NCBI GenBank assembly: GCA_041631255.1
Contig: JBFKKL010000002.1
Span: forward strand, 1-41,960
Length of the DNA stretch: 41,960 nucleotides
Direction: 5' to 3'
Source: Candidatus Woesearchaeota archaeon
GTDB taxonomy: Archaea; Nanobdellota; Nanobdellia; Woesearchaeales; UBA583
Part shown: positions 18,476 to 27,042 of the stretch, piece by piece
Position numbering within the stretch: the first letter of the stretch is position 1
Layout of the letters: the number at the start of each line of letters is the position of its first letter
Notes under the pieces: model-generated
What the model saw: only the letters and a program-made list of their open reading frames with translations
Database searches by the model: none
What the model was told of the DNA's origin: nothing
Program-made: the position numbers and the translations under genes

Positions 18476-18483
18476 TTTTTTTT
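18476..18483 (+). terminator. oligo-T tract (T8), possible archaeal intrinsic terminator
   Basis: TTTTTTTT lies 8 nt after the stop at 18468. Archaeal RNA polymerase terminates at oligo-T tracts. Confidence 0.3.
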
Positions 18484-18522
18484 ACACCAAATCTTTTTAA
18501 AAAAGAATCATATAAAATTCTT

Positions 18523-19926
18523 ATGTTACAAAAACTCTACGATCTTGTTTTTGGTCTTGATGAATTTGAAAAAACAAAAATAGATTTAAGATTTGATTTA
18601 ATTGAAGAAATTTTACCTAAAATTCATATTAATACAATTCAAGATTTTGACCTTCTAGAATCATGCATTTTCAAGATAAAAGACCAATTAAGAATTAGAA
18701 GTTCTAATTTGAACAGGATAATTAATGATCCGAAAAAAAATTTAACAAAAACAAAAGTTGAAAATTATTTGAACATATTATCTTCTTTAAGAAAATCATT
18801 TTTACATGAAGCATTTGATGCTATAAGGCCAGAAATTCAAAATATTGAAGCGTCTCAAGAACCAATTATCCAAGAAAAAGAAGAACTTAATCAAGAATCA
18901 AAAAAAGAAACATCTAAAAGAGAGTTAGAAATCATAAGTAACGCTAACTACGCCGTAAAATTAAAAAATGCATCACCTCAATATTTAGAAGTTACTTTTT
19001 CAAAGGAAATTGATTTGAATCTTCTAAAAACTTTAAGTTCAATAGTATTTGAAGTTTTCAAAGCTCAAGGAACAAATATAATAATTGAGAATAATATTGG
19101 AAGAATCTATCCAAGGTTCCAATCAGACAATCTATTTACACTTCCAACTATAGATGTTGATTTAGATGAAATTGAGAGAAAATTAAAAAAAGAAGAAAAA
19201 CAAACTAAAGAAGAGTCTATTGACTATTATCCTGTTGAAGAAAAGCAAGAAATCAAAACTCACAAAAAACAAGAGGATTCACTTGATGAATTGATTTCGG
19301 GAATTGAAAAGAAAAATCATACTCCAACACACAAACCTGAAGAAATAAAAGAAGATATTAACATCATAAAAACAGAACCAATTGAGATAGAAAAAGATAA
19401 TGTAAAAAAAAATGAAATAGAAATTGAAAAACAAGAAGAAACAATTTCAAAAGAAATAAATCAAAATTTCGAAATTTACAGAGATGAACATATAAGAGCT
19501 TTTCTAAGAAAAACTTCGAAAGCTAAAGGAGAATTGCTTGTAGAAACAATTCAAAAGAAGCCCCTAGGAGCTCTTTCAGAACAGGAACTCTCATACATAA
19601 CCATTTTTACAAAAATTTTCTCATCAGTTGTATTTGAGACTTTAAATGCAAAAGGAACAAACGTTATTTGGGACATGTTAGATTCTCAAATTCATATCAT
19701 TCCAAGGGATGATAATGATTCTTTAGGTTTAAGTTGGAATCCTAAGAAGGATTCTGATGAGTTTTTGGAACAAGTAAGAAGCAAATTAATTGCCAAAATG
19801 CAAGGTGAGCTTCAAGATGAAATATCTCTAAAAGAAATAAAACAAGAAGCTAAAATGCCTTCTAAGGACGCATCTCCTAAAGAAAAGGCAGATTTCATAC
19901 TTGATGCTCTTAAAAGAATCCCTTAA
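18523..19926 (+). CDS. hypothetical protein with two degenerate HIT-like (histidine-triad fold) domains
   Basis: The second domain, FEIYRDEHIRAFLRKTSKAKGELLV...ETLNAKGTNVIWDMLDSQIHIIPRDDND, follows the HIT layout but keeps only one His of H-x-H-x-H. The first domain (VFEVFKAQGTNIIIENNIGRIYPRF) keeps none. Confidence 0.6.
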   Translation: MLQKLYDLVFGLDEFEKTKIDLRFDLIEEILPKIHINTIQDFDLLESCIFKIKDQLRIRSSNLNRIINDPKKNLTKTKVENYLNILSSLRKSFLHEAFDAIRPEIQNIEASQEPIIQEKEELNQESKKETSKRELEIISNANYAVKLKNASPQYLEVTFSKEIDLNLLKTLSSIVFEVFKAQGTNIIIENNIGRIYPRFQSDNLFTLPTIDVDLDEIERKLKKEEKQTKEESIDYYPVEEKQEIKTHKKQEDSLDELISGIEKKNHTPTHKPEEIKEDINIIKTEPIEIEKDNVKKNEIEIEKQEETISKEINQNFEIYRDEHIRAFLRKTSKAKGELLVETIQKKPLGALSEQELSYITIFTKIFSSVVFETLNAKGTNVIWDMLDSQIHIIPRDDNDSLGLSWNPKKDSDEFLEQVRSKLIAKMQGELQDEISLKEIKQEAKMPSKDASPKEKADFILDALKRIP

Positions 19927-19970
19927 TGGTGATAGTAATATTTAAAAACAAAATCTTTTTTCCGTTATTT

Positions 19971-20408
19971 ATGAGAAAACGTCCATTGCGGTCAGAAAAA
20001 GTTTCCTTTCTCTTAGAAAATAAACATTACAGGAGACTTCACTTAATGCTATATTTATTCAGTGTTATAGTTATAGTATTGATTTATTTTATGTTTATTA
20101 TGCTTTTTTCAAATATCTTCCCAATTGTAATTGTTGGAATTATATCCTTAATTATTGGTATAGCACTTGTATTTAAAAGAGACAAATTAGTTTTAACAAT
20201 TAGTAATAAACTTCAAGAAAGAAAAATTAAAGAGCACAAGAAAGCAAATAAGCACGGTTTGCACTCAACTTTAAGAAAAATTACTCCAAAAAGAAAAAAA
20301 AAAATTAATGTGACGCCAAGGGCATCAGTTAAAGATCATATTAACCATCTTAAAGGAAAACTTTCTAAAAAGAAGAAAGGAAAAGATGATTATATCGAAT
20401 TAAAGTGA
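19971..20408 (+). CDS. small membrane protein with a Lys-rich C-terminal tail
   Basis: Two hydrophobic helices (LMLYLFSVIVIVLIYFMFIMLF and PIVIVGIISLIIGIALVF) precede a highly basic tail. I prefer the ATG at 19971 (MRKRP...), which has a TATA-like TATTTAAAAA about 26-30 nt upstream, over the track start at 19926. Confidence 0.55.
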   Translation: MRKRPLRSEKVSFLLENKHYRRLHLMLYLFSVIVIVLIYFMFIMLFSNIFPIVIVGIISLIIGIALVFKRDKLVLTISNKLQERKIKEHKKANKHGLHSTLRKITPKRKKKINVTPRASVKDHINHLKGKLSKKKKGKDDYIELK

Positions 20409-20792
20409 ATCAAGAGCTTGGTTAGCTAAGGCATCAGCTTGGGAATTTTCTTCTCTTCTAACCCAAGTAAAACTAACACTCAAATCTTTGATTAATTCCT
20501 TACATTCTTTAAATAAAGGAATAATTGTTGGAGCTTTAACTTTATAATTTCCATTTAATTGTTCTACAAGTAATTTAGAGTCTGCATAGAATCTAGCATT
20601 AGTATATTTATGTTCAATCATCCATTTTAATGATTCAAGAACTGCTGTGTACTCAGCCTCATTGTTTGTTTTTTCTCCAATATACTTAGAAATTTGATCA
20701 ATTATAATACCATTTTCTAGGATCACAGCTCCAATTGATGCTTTCCCAGGGTTTCCTCTTGAAGCTCCGTCTGTGAAGATTGAAAGTGTCAT
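20400..20792 (-). CDS. rnhA: ribonuclease HI
   Basis: IFTDGASRGNPG, TNNEAEY, YADSKLLV and NSQADALAN correspond to the DEDD catalytic positions of type 1 RNase H. Confidence 0.9.
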   Translation of the reverse strand: MTLSIFTDGASRGNPGKASIGAVILENGIIIDQISKYIGEKTNNEAEYTAVLESLKWMIEHKYTNARFYADSKLLVEQLNGNYKVKAPTIIPLFKECKELIKDLSVSFTWVRREENSQADALANQALDSL

Positions 20793-20826
20793 AGAATCAA
20801 CTCAAATCAAGAGTTTATAATAATTT

Positions 20827-21657
20827 TTAATTCTTAAGTACATAAACAAAATACTTTTTCTTTTCAAATACAATCTCTTCTGTATCTTCAATTTTAATTT
20901 TGTACTTTTTGAGTATTTTTTCACTTAATCTATGTTCACAGATAATACCAGTTTTCTTTTTCACAATATAACTCGATTGATAAATAAACTCTTTTTGTAA
21001 ACTCTCAAATTGTTCTTGATTTTCAAATTTCAAATAACTAAGTGCATAATCAACAGATTTTTCATCAAACTTTACATCAACCCAGTCTAGATTGTATTGA
21101 GAAATTTTAGGTTTAACTTTTGTATATGCTAAATTTTCTTTAACACGTCTAAATTCTCTTGAATTTTGAACAACTCCAATAAATTTATTTTCATTTTTTA
21201 CACTTTTAGGAATTGAAATTGAAGAAAATTTTTTACAAAAAGGTAATTTAAATCTTTTTTGAATATGCATAGGTTCTCCAAGTGATGAATATTCAATTAT
21301 TAATTCTCCAAAATTAGCAACCATATCTATCATTGCAAATTTTTTACTATTTCCAATTACTTTTTTATACAAATATATTGCAATAAGTGAGGGTAATGAA
21401 TTTTTTTCATCATGGATTCTCCAATCTCTTTGACTCAATTCAAATCCTACTAAGTCTTCATTTTCTAGAACAATATGCTCAATACATCTAGAATAATAAT
21501 AAAGGCTTGAAAACACTTCATTTATTTTCTTTTCATTAAATTCAATTTCAAGTTCTGTTGAAGATTTTTTTTTTGGTTTTATCTTTGTTAATTTAAAAAT
21601 TTCATCGAAAGCAAATTCAAGCATAAAATCCTTTGTTGAAATTAAAAGAGTGACCAT
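20827..21657 (-). CDS. hypothetical protein, possibly a degenerate Trm14/RlmL-like methyltransferase fold
   Basis: Its start overlaps the cysS stop as TAATG. The N-terminus (LYYYSRCIEHIVL) and QRDWRIHDEKNSLPSLIAIYL...FAMIDMVANFGELIIEYS follow the layout of N2-guanine methyltransferases. However, motif I (DPxCGSG) and NPPY are not conserved. Confidence 0.55.
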   Translation of the reverse strand: MVTLLISTKDFMLEFAFDEIFKLTKIKPKKKSSTELEIEFNEKKINEVFSSLYYYSRCIEHIVLENEDLVGFELSQRDWRIHDEKNSLPSLIAIYLYKKVIGNSKKFAMIDMVANFGELIIEYSSLGEPMHIQKRFKLPFCKKFSSISIPKSVKNENKFIGVVQNSREFRRVKENLAYTKVKPKISQYNLDWVDVKFDEKSVDYALSYLKFENQEQFESLQKEFIYQSSYIVKKKTGIICEHRLSEKILKKYKIKIEDTEEIVFEKKKYFVYVLKN

Positions 21658-23081
21658 TATTTTTTTGTTATTATATAACCAGTTTTTGAAGCTTTGTCAT
21701 CTTTAATTTCATATCCTTTTTCTAATATTTCGTTCCTAATCTTATCACTTAATGTCCAATCTTTTTTATCTCTTGCTTTTACTCTATTCTCTGCAAGTTT
21801 GATAATTTCTAAAGGCACATTTTCTTGTTTTTCTAAAAGCCCTAAAACTGAATCTGTTTTTTTCATGAAATCCTTTGCAAGTTCAATGTCTTCGTTTGAC
21901 ATTTTTTCCAACTTATTGAACTCATTCATAAATTCATGAACAGAAGCTAAACTTTCAGGAGTGTTTAAATCATCTTTAAGTGCTTTCTCAAATTCATCTA
22001 GTTGTATATCATAAATTTCTTTAACTGAAGCTTTAACATTAGAAGATTTAATACTATCAAGTCTTGAATAGAAATCATTAATTTTCTGAATAGTTTTTTC
22101 TGAAGCGTCAAGCATTGAAAGTTCAAACTGTGTTTGTTTTCTGTAATGTGATCTTAAGATAAATTCTCTAAATGCTATAGGACTATATCCTTTATCTATT
22201 AAGTCTTGAATTGAATAAGCGTTTCCAAGTGATTTTGAGAACTTCTCAGTTTTTCCTGTTAAATGTTCATTATGCATCCAAAATTTAACTTCCTTAACAT
22301 CTCCAGAACACTCATTTTGCGCAATTTCATTTTCATGGTGAATAGGAACATGATCAATTCCACCTGTATGAATATCAAATTTATGTCCTAAATACTTTCT
22401 TGACATAGCAGAACATTCAATGTGCCATCCAGGAAATCCTTGTCCCCAAGGACTCTCCCATTTCATTATGTGATTTTTATTGTCTCCAGTTAGAAATTTC
22501 CAAAGTGCAAAGTCTTGTGGATTCCTTTTTTCTGAATTCACATCAACTCTTGCTCCTGCCTTTTTATCTTCAATTTTTTGTCCAGATAATTTCCCGTAAT
22601 GTTTAAATTTAGAAACATCAAAATAGATTCCGTCACTTGTTTTGTATGTAAATCCTCTTTCTTCAAGATGTTTAATCATATCAATTTGTTCTTTAATGTG
22701 TTCAGTTGCTCTTGGCAAATATTTAGGTTTTATTATATGTAATTTTTCTAAATCATTTAAGTATTGTTCTTCATAATATTTAGCAATTTCATAAGGGTCT
22801 TTGTTCTCTTTCTTTGATGCTTTAAGCATCTTATCTTCTCCTTCATTTTCATCACTAACTAAATGTCCAACATCTGTGATATTTACAACATCAATTACTC
22901 TATACTCAAAATATCTAAGGACTCTTTTTAGAACATCTGCAAAAATAGCAGCTCTCATGTTTCCTATGTGTTGAGTTGAATAAACTGTAGGTCCACAAGA
23001 ATAAACTTTAACTTCTCCCTTTTTCAAAGGCTTGAAATATTCCTTTTTTCGAGTTAAAGTATTGTAAAATCTTAAATTCAT
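21657..23081 (-). CDS. cysS: cysteinyl-tRNA synthetase
   Basis: YSCGPTVYSTQHIGNMR is the HIGH region, KFSKSLGN is the KMSKS motif, and the zinc-binding WHIECS motif is present. Confidence 0.93.
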   Translation of the reverse strand: MNLRFYNTLTRKKEYFKPLKKGEVKVYSCGPTVYSTQHIGNMRAAIFADVLKRVLRYFEYRVIDVVNITDVGHLVSDENEGEDKMLKASKKENKDPYEIAKYYEEQYLNDLEKLHIIKPKYLPRATEHIKEQIDMIKHLEERGFTYKTSDGIYFDVSKFKHYGKLSGQKIEDKKAGARVDVNSEKRNPQDFALWKFLTGDNKNHIMKWESPWGQGFPGWHIECSAMSRKYLGHKFDIHTGGIDHVPIHHENEIAQNECSGDVKEVKFWMHNEHLTGKTEKFSKSLGNAYSIQDLIDKGYSPIAFREFILRSHYRKQTQFELSMLDASEKTIQKINDFYSRLDSIKSSNVKASVKEIYDIQLDEFEKALKDDLNTPESLASVHEFMNEFNKLEKMSNEDIELAKDFMKKTDSVLGLLEKQENVPLEIIKLAENRVKARDKKDWTLSDKIRNEILEKGYEIKDDKASKTGYIITKK

Positions 23082-23140
23082 AATTTAGAACAAGTTTATG
23101 TAATTTATATAAGTTTAGTTGAACTTAAAAGAAAAAAGAA

Positions 23141-23683
23141 TTAATTTACAATTTGTAAATCTACAAACATTGTTTTTTGAATTGTTGTACCATCGGGTTT
23201 ATATTCAAATTTTAAAGAGAACTGACTTCCATCAGCACATGAACCAGGAATTTGAATTACGGCAGGAACTGCTTCAACACTAGCAGCAGGAACTGTAACA
23301 TCTTGTACAAAAATGTTAGTTGCCTCAAAGCAAGAGTTAGCTGCTCCAATTGCAGTAACTGAAGTTGTAATTTGTGCAGTTGTCCCTAGTTCTAAAGGCG
23401 CATCTTGAACATTTTGAACTTTAAAGAAAATTCTTCTAGAATCTCCAGGTCCCATTTTAAGAGTTTCAGGTGAAACTGCAAACACTCCTGATTTTCCAAT
23501 TGCTGCTTGTTTATCAGCAGTTTCAGTCTCTGAAAGTTGCCCTTCGAACTGTGAACTTGCTTGCCCAATAAGTCCTGTTACAAATGAAATAACAAGTCCA
23601 ATTACAACAAGTCCAATAATAAGCATAATAATCAGGTTAAGAGACATCTCAACCGCTCCTTTTTTCTGATATTTAGATACCAT
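23141..23683 (-). CDS. prepilin-like (class III signal) protein with an Ig-like beta-rich body
   Basis: A basic leader MVSKYQKKGA is followed by VEMSLNLIIMLIIGLVVIGLVISFV. Size and layout match the 13189-13728 protein. A TATA lies about 26 nt upstream. Confidence 0.65.
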   Translation of the reverse strand: MVSKYQKKGAVEMSLNLIIMLIIGLVVIGLVISFVTGLIGQASSQFEGQLSETETADKQAAIGKSGVFAVSPETLKMGPGDSRRIFFKVQNVQDAPLELGTTAQITTSVTAIGAANSCFEATNIFVQDVTVPAASVEAVPAVIQIPGSCADGSQFSLKFEYKPDGTTIQKTMFVDLQIVN

Positions 23684-23704
23684 AGACCAAATTTGACAAT
23701 TTAG

Positions 23705-23713
23705 TTTTAAATA
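23705..23713 (-). promoter_or_regulatory. TATA-box-like element for the prepilin-like gene starting at 23683
   Basis: TATTTAAAA on the minus strand is centred about 26 nt upstream of the ATG at 23683. Confidence 0.4.
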
Positions 23714-23759
23714 GATTTCTCGTAATTACAAGGAGTGACAGCTCAAATTACAACAAAAA

Positions 23760-23767
23760 TTTATAAG
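23760..23767 (+). promoter_or_regulatory. TATA-box-like element for trpS
   Basis: TTTATAAG is centred about 25-26 nt upstream of the ATG at 23789. This supports that ATG over the GTG at 23735. Confidence 0.45.
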
Positions 23768-23788
23768 AAACTTAAACAAAAAACTATT

Positions 23789-24934
23789 ATGACACAAAAA
23801 GTAACTCCTTGGGATGTTGAAGGAAAAGTTGATTACGAAAAATTAATCAAGGAATTCGGAGTAAATAAACTTTCAAAAGAAAATTTGGATTATTTAGAAA
23901 ATTTAGCAAAGAAAAAGAATTTACCCCTTCATCTTTACATAAGGCGTGGCCTATTTTACGCCCATAAAGATTTCAATAAGATAATTGAAGATCACAAACA
24001 AGGAAAACCATTTTTTTTATATACTGGAAGAGCGCCAGGGGGAAGTGTACACATAGCACATTTAATTCCTTTCCAATTCACAAAGTATTTACAGGATCTT
24101 TTCGATTGTAATTTATATATTCAAATTCCAGATGATGAGAAATATTTGTTCAAGAAAGATTTAGAAAGAAAACAAATTGAAGAGATGGTGAAATATGATT
24201 TAGAGGATATTGCAGCTTTGGGCTTCAATAAAGATAAAACTTTCATTTTTAAAAACTCAGAATTTATCCACAAAATTTATGATTTATATATGCAAACTGC
24301 AAAAAAAATTACATTTTCACAAGCAAGAAATACTTTTGGTTTCACAAATGATTCAAATATAGGTATGATTAATTATCCTGCACTTCAAATAGTTCCAACT
24401 TTTTTCGAAAAAAATAGATGTTTAATTCCTTGCGGTATAGATCAAAACCCTTATTTCATGCTCCAAAGAGATTTTGCAGAAAAATTGGGTTACAAAAAGA
24501 ATGCAACAATTCTTTCAAGGTTTTTAACTTCTCTAACTGGGCCGATAGGAAAAATGTCAGCATCAGACCCTAGTAAAGCAATTCTTTTGACAGATGAACC
24601 AAATGTTGTAAAGAAGAAAGTAAATAAATATGCTTTTTCAGGAGGTCGTGAAACTTTAGAGGAACATAGAAAACTAGGAGGGAATACTAATATTGATGTT
24701 TCATATCAATGGCTCTATAACATGTTTGAAGAAGATGATAAGAAAATAGAAGAAATCAAGAAAGGATATGAAAAAGGAGAAATTCTTTCAGGGGAAATGA
24801 AAGCTATGTTAATTGAAAAGATTAATTCATATCTAGAAAACCATAGAAAAGCTAAAGAGAAAGCAAGAAAAGAGAAATTATTGGAGATTTACATGCACAA
24901 AGGAAAATTAGCTCAGAAAATGTGGAATAGATAA
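23789..24934 (+). CDS. trpS: tryptophanyl-tRNA synthetase (archaeal/eukaryotic type)
   Basis: It has VTPWDVEGKVDYEKLIKEFG, a HIGH-like GGSVHIAHLIPF and a KMSAS (KMSKS) motif. The start was moved to ATG 23789. Confidence 0.9.
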   Translation: MTQKVTPWDVEGKVDYEKLIKEFGVNKLSKENLDYLENLAKKKNLPLHLYIRRGLFYAHKDFNKIIEDHKQGKPFFLYTGRAPGGSVHIAHLIPFQFTKYLQDLFDCNLYIQIPDDEKYLFKKDLERKQIEEMVKYDLEDIAALGFNKDKTFIFKNSEFIHKIYDLYMQTAKKITFSQARNTFGFTNDSNIGMINYPALQIVPTFFEKNRCLIPCGIDQNPYFMLQRDFAEKLGYKKNATILSRFLTSLTGPIGKMSASDPSKAILLTDEPNVVKKKVNKYAFSGGRETLEEHRKLGGNTNIDVSYQWLYNMFEEDDKKIEEIKKGYEKGEILSGEMKAMLIEKINSYLENHRKAKEKARKEKLLEIYMHKGKLAQKMWNR

Positions 24935-24950
24935 AATACATACAATAAAC

Positions 24951-24958
24951 TATATAAA
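24951..24958 (+). promoter_or_regulatory. TATA-box-like element for the aIF5A-L40e pair
   Basis: TATATAAA is centred about 26 nt upstream of the ATG at 24981. Confidence 0.45.
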
Positions 24959-24980
24959 TGATTTCAAATTATTTTTACCT

Positions 24981-25391
24981 ATGTCAGATATTAAATTAGC
25001 TCATGCAGGTTCACTAAGAGCAGGAAGTTACATTCTAATTGAAGGAGAACCTTGTATTGTGAAAGATACTCAAACGTCAAGACCAGGTAAACACGGTCAT
25101 GCTAAAGTAAGAATCAAGGCAACTCATATTATTACTGGATCAAACAAAGAAGTTGTTAAACCAGGACATGATAACGTTGAAGTTCCAATTATTAACAAAA
25201 AGAATGGGCAAGTGCTTTCAGTTACAGGAAATGATGTTGAGATGATGGACATGGAAACATTCGAAAACATTATGGCTGATTTAAGTATTGCTGATGAAGA
25301 AGTAAGAGACAAAGTACAAGCAGGTCAGACAGTTCAATTTTGGCAAGTTGTAGGTAAAATCATTATTAAACAAATTATTCAGGAGGCTTAA
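24981..25391 (+). CDS. translation initiation factor 5A (aIF5A)
   Basis: It has the hypusine-site loop TSRPGKHGHAKVRI. The 136-aa length also fits. Confidence 0.93.
   Translation: MSDIKLAHAGSLRAGSYILIEGEPCIVKDTQTSRPGKHGHAKVRIKATHIITGSNKEVVKPGHDNVEVPIINKKNGQVLSVTGNDVEMMDMETFENIMADLSIADEEVRDKVQAGQTVQFWQVVGKIIIKQIIQEA
25381..25386 (+). promoter_or_regulatory. Shine-Dalgarno-like AGGAGG for L40e
   Basis: AGGAGG lies inside the last codons of aIF5A, 10 nt upstream of the ATG at 25397. Confidence 0.5.
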
Positions 25392-25396
25392 AGAAA

Positions 25397-25567
25397 ATGG
25401 CACAATTCGCAGAAGCAGAAGCAAGATTATTTGGGTCAATGTACGTTTGCAGAAAATGTGAATCAAGACAAAGAGTCCCAATTAACAAGATTTTAGCAGG
25501 AAAAGGTGTTTGCAGAAAATGTTCTGCAAAACAATTAAGGCCTGTAAGAAGAGTTTCTAAAAAGTAA
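25397..25567 (+). CDS. rpl40e: 50S ribosomal protein L40e (56 aa, zinc-ribbon); not in the supplied ORF track
   Basis: Hand translation gives MAQFAEAEARLFGSMYVCRKCESRQRVPINKILAGKGVCRKCSAKQLRPVRRVSKK. It has C-x2-C...C-x2-C spacing and the F-x-x-x-Y-V-C-R-K-C pattern typical of L40e. Confidence 0.85.
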   Translation: MAQFAEAEARLFGSMYVCRKCESRQRVPINKILAGKGVCRKCSAKQLRPVRRVSKK

Positions 25568-25630
25568 TTTCTTTTTAGATTAACAAAAGTTTATAAATAT
25601 TTAACTTCAGAGATTTTTAACACTAAAAAA

Positions 25631-25999
25631 ATGGCAGGTTTTCTTAATTTCAAAAAAAGAGAAGAATTCGTAGAAGATGATTCAGGAGATTATCTTTCAA
25701 TTACTGAAACAGGACCTAAAGGGGGAGCAGAAGAAGGAGAAAAAGAACTTGACGTTAGAGTCTTTGTTTTAGATGATTACGAAAATATCCGAGATATTCT
25801 AGATGTAATTAGAAATGAAAGAACTATGTGTCTAATTGATATTCATCTACTTAGGAACAAAGATCCAGATGAGTTAAGAAGGGCAATTGACAAATTAAAG
25901 AAAACTGCTGAAGCCGTAAGTGGGGAAATCGTTGGATTCCACGAAAATTGGATTTTATCCGCTCCAAAGAATGTTCACATTCACAAAGGAAGAAATTAA
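25631..25999 (+). CDS. sepF: SepF-like cell division protein (DUF552 family)
   Basis: Short amphipathic N-terminus MAGFLNFKK, then VRVFVLDDYENIRDILDVIRNERTMCLIDI...RAIDKLKKTAEAVSGEIVGF...ILSAPKNVHI, which matches the SepF core layout. Confidence 0.7.
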   Translation: MAGFLNFKKREEFVEDDSGDYLSITETGPKGGAEEGEKELDVRVFVLDDYENIRDILDVIRNERTMCLIDIHLLRNKDPDELRRAIDKLKKTAEAVSGEIVGFHENWILSAPKNVHIHKGRN

Positions 26000-26055
26000 T
26001 TAATTTCTTTATTCCATATTTTTAAAAATAAAACTTAAAGATTTTTAAACAAAAA

Positions 26056-26970
26056 TTAAAGTTTCAAACTCATTAAATCATAAGTTGAAGTAGTATTCTC
26101 AAAAGTATCTTTTGCTTCTTGCTCAATCTCTTTAACATCTTTATATCTCTGGGAAAAGTGTGTAATAATTAAATGTTTCACATTATTTTCACGAGCAATT
26201 TCAGCCGTCTCTTTAGCAGACATATGATCGTATTCTTCAGCTTTATGTCCATGTTTTTCAAAAACATAAGTTGCTTCCATAATTAAATGGTCAGAGTTCT
26301 TAGCAAGTAAATTAACTCCAGTACAAGGTCTTGTATCAAATACAAAAGTTATTTTCTGTCCTTCTTTTTTGTAAGTTAATTCTTCAGGCATAATTTTTCT
26401 TCCATTAATTTCAATTGGAAGGCCCATCTTAGCTCTAGCAAGCATAGGTGACTGTTCAAGTCCCAAAATTTTAGCTTTATCTTTATCTATATTATAAGTA
26501 TCCTTCTCTTTGAAAGAATAACCAATGCAAGGCACACTGTGATTCAATTTAGCGCAAGTAACTTCATACCCTCCAGCTTCTAAAACTTTCACAATTGAAC
26601 CCTCTTTAGGTTTAAATTCGAAAACATTAATTGGTAATTTAGAATCAAATATTGAGCATTTAAGCATATGATCAACATATTTTTTAGTATCTTTAGGTCC
26701 ATAAATGTTAATTTCTTCAACGTTTTGAGTATTAGAAAGTGTTTGAATTAATCCTGGAAGTCCTAAAACATGGTCTCCGTGCCAGTGTGAAATAAAAATA
26801 TGTTTCAATTTTCCAATAGGAAGTTTCATTTTTTCAATTTGAAGTTGTGTGCTTTCACCACAATCAAAAAGAAATAATGTTCCACTGTATTCTAAAGCAA
26901 CACTCAAATGGTTTCTATCTTTAGTTGGAACCATACATCCAGTTCCCAAAAAGTGTAGTTTAGTTGTCAT
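26056..26970 (-). CDS. rnz: ribonuclease Z (tRNA 3' endonuclease, metallo-beta-lactamase fold)
   Basis: It has MTTKLHFLGTG...RNHLS and the motif ISHWHGDH. The start was moved to ATG 26970, because the longer track ORF would contain the gene's own TATA box. Confidence 0.88.
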   Translation of the reverse strand: MTTKLHFLGTGCMVPTKDRNHLSVALEYSGTLFLFDCGESTQLQIEKMKLPIGKLKHIFISHWHGDHVLGLPGLIQTLSNTQNVEEINIYGPKDTKKYVDHMLKCSIFDSKLPINVFEFKPKEGSIVKVLEAGGYEVTCAKLNHSVPCIGYSFKEKDTYNIDKDKAKILGLEQSPMLARAKMGLPIEINGRKIMPEELTYKKEGQKITFVFDTRPCTGVNLLAKNSDHLIMEATYVFEKHGHKAEEYDHMSAKETAEIARENNVKHLIITHFSQRYKDVKEIEQEAKDTFENTTSTYDLMSLKL

Positions 26971-26992
26971 ATAAAGAAAAAAGAATACTTTA

Positions 26993-27000
26993 TTTATAAA
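26993..27000 (-). promoter_or_regulatory. TATA-box-like element for rnz
   Basis: TTTATAAA (palindromic core) is centred about 26 nt upstream of the ATG at 26970. Confidence 0.45.
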
Positions 27001-27042
27001 AGAGACCATAAGACATAAATATGTAATAGACTATTATCAGAT

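Noticed and set aside
23735-23788. Extended N-termini from the ORF track: trpS from GTG 23735, rnz from 27009, the membrane protein from 19926, the small lipoprotein-like gene from 7734, the pilin-like gene from GTG 13734 and gene B from 35547
   Set aside because: The extensions would include the genes' own TATA-like boxes or overlap upstream genes. The internal ATGs give N-termini matching family consensus (MTQKVTPWDV and MTTKLHFLGTG) or typical short prepilin leaders.
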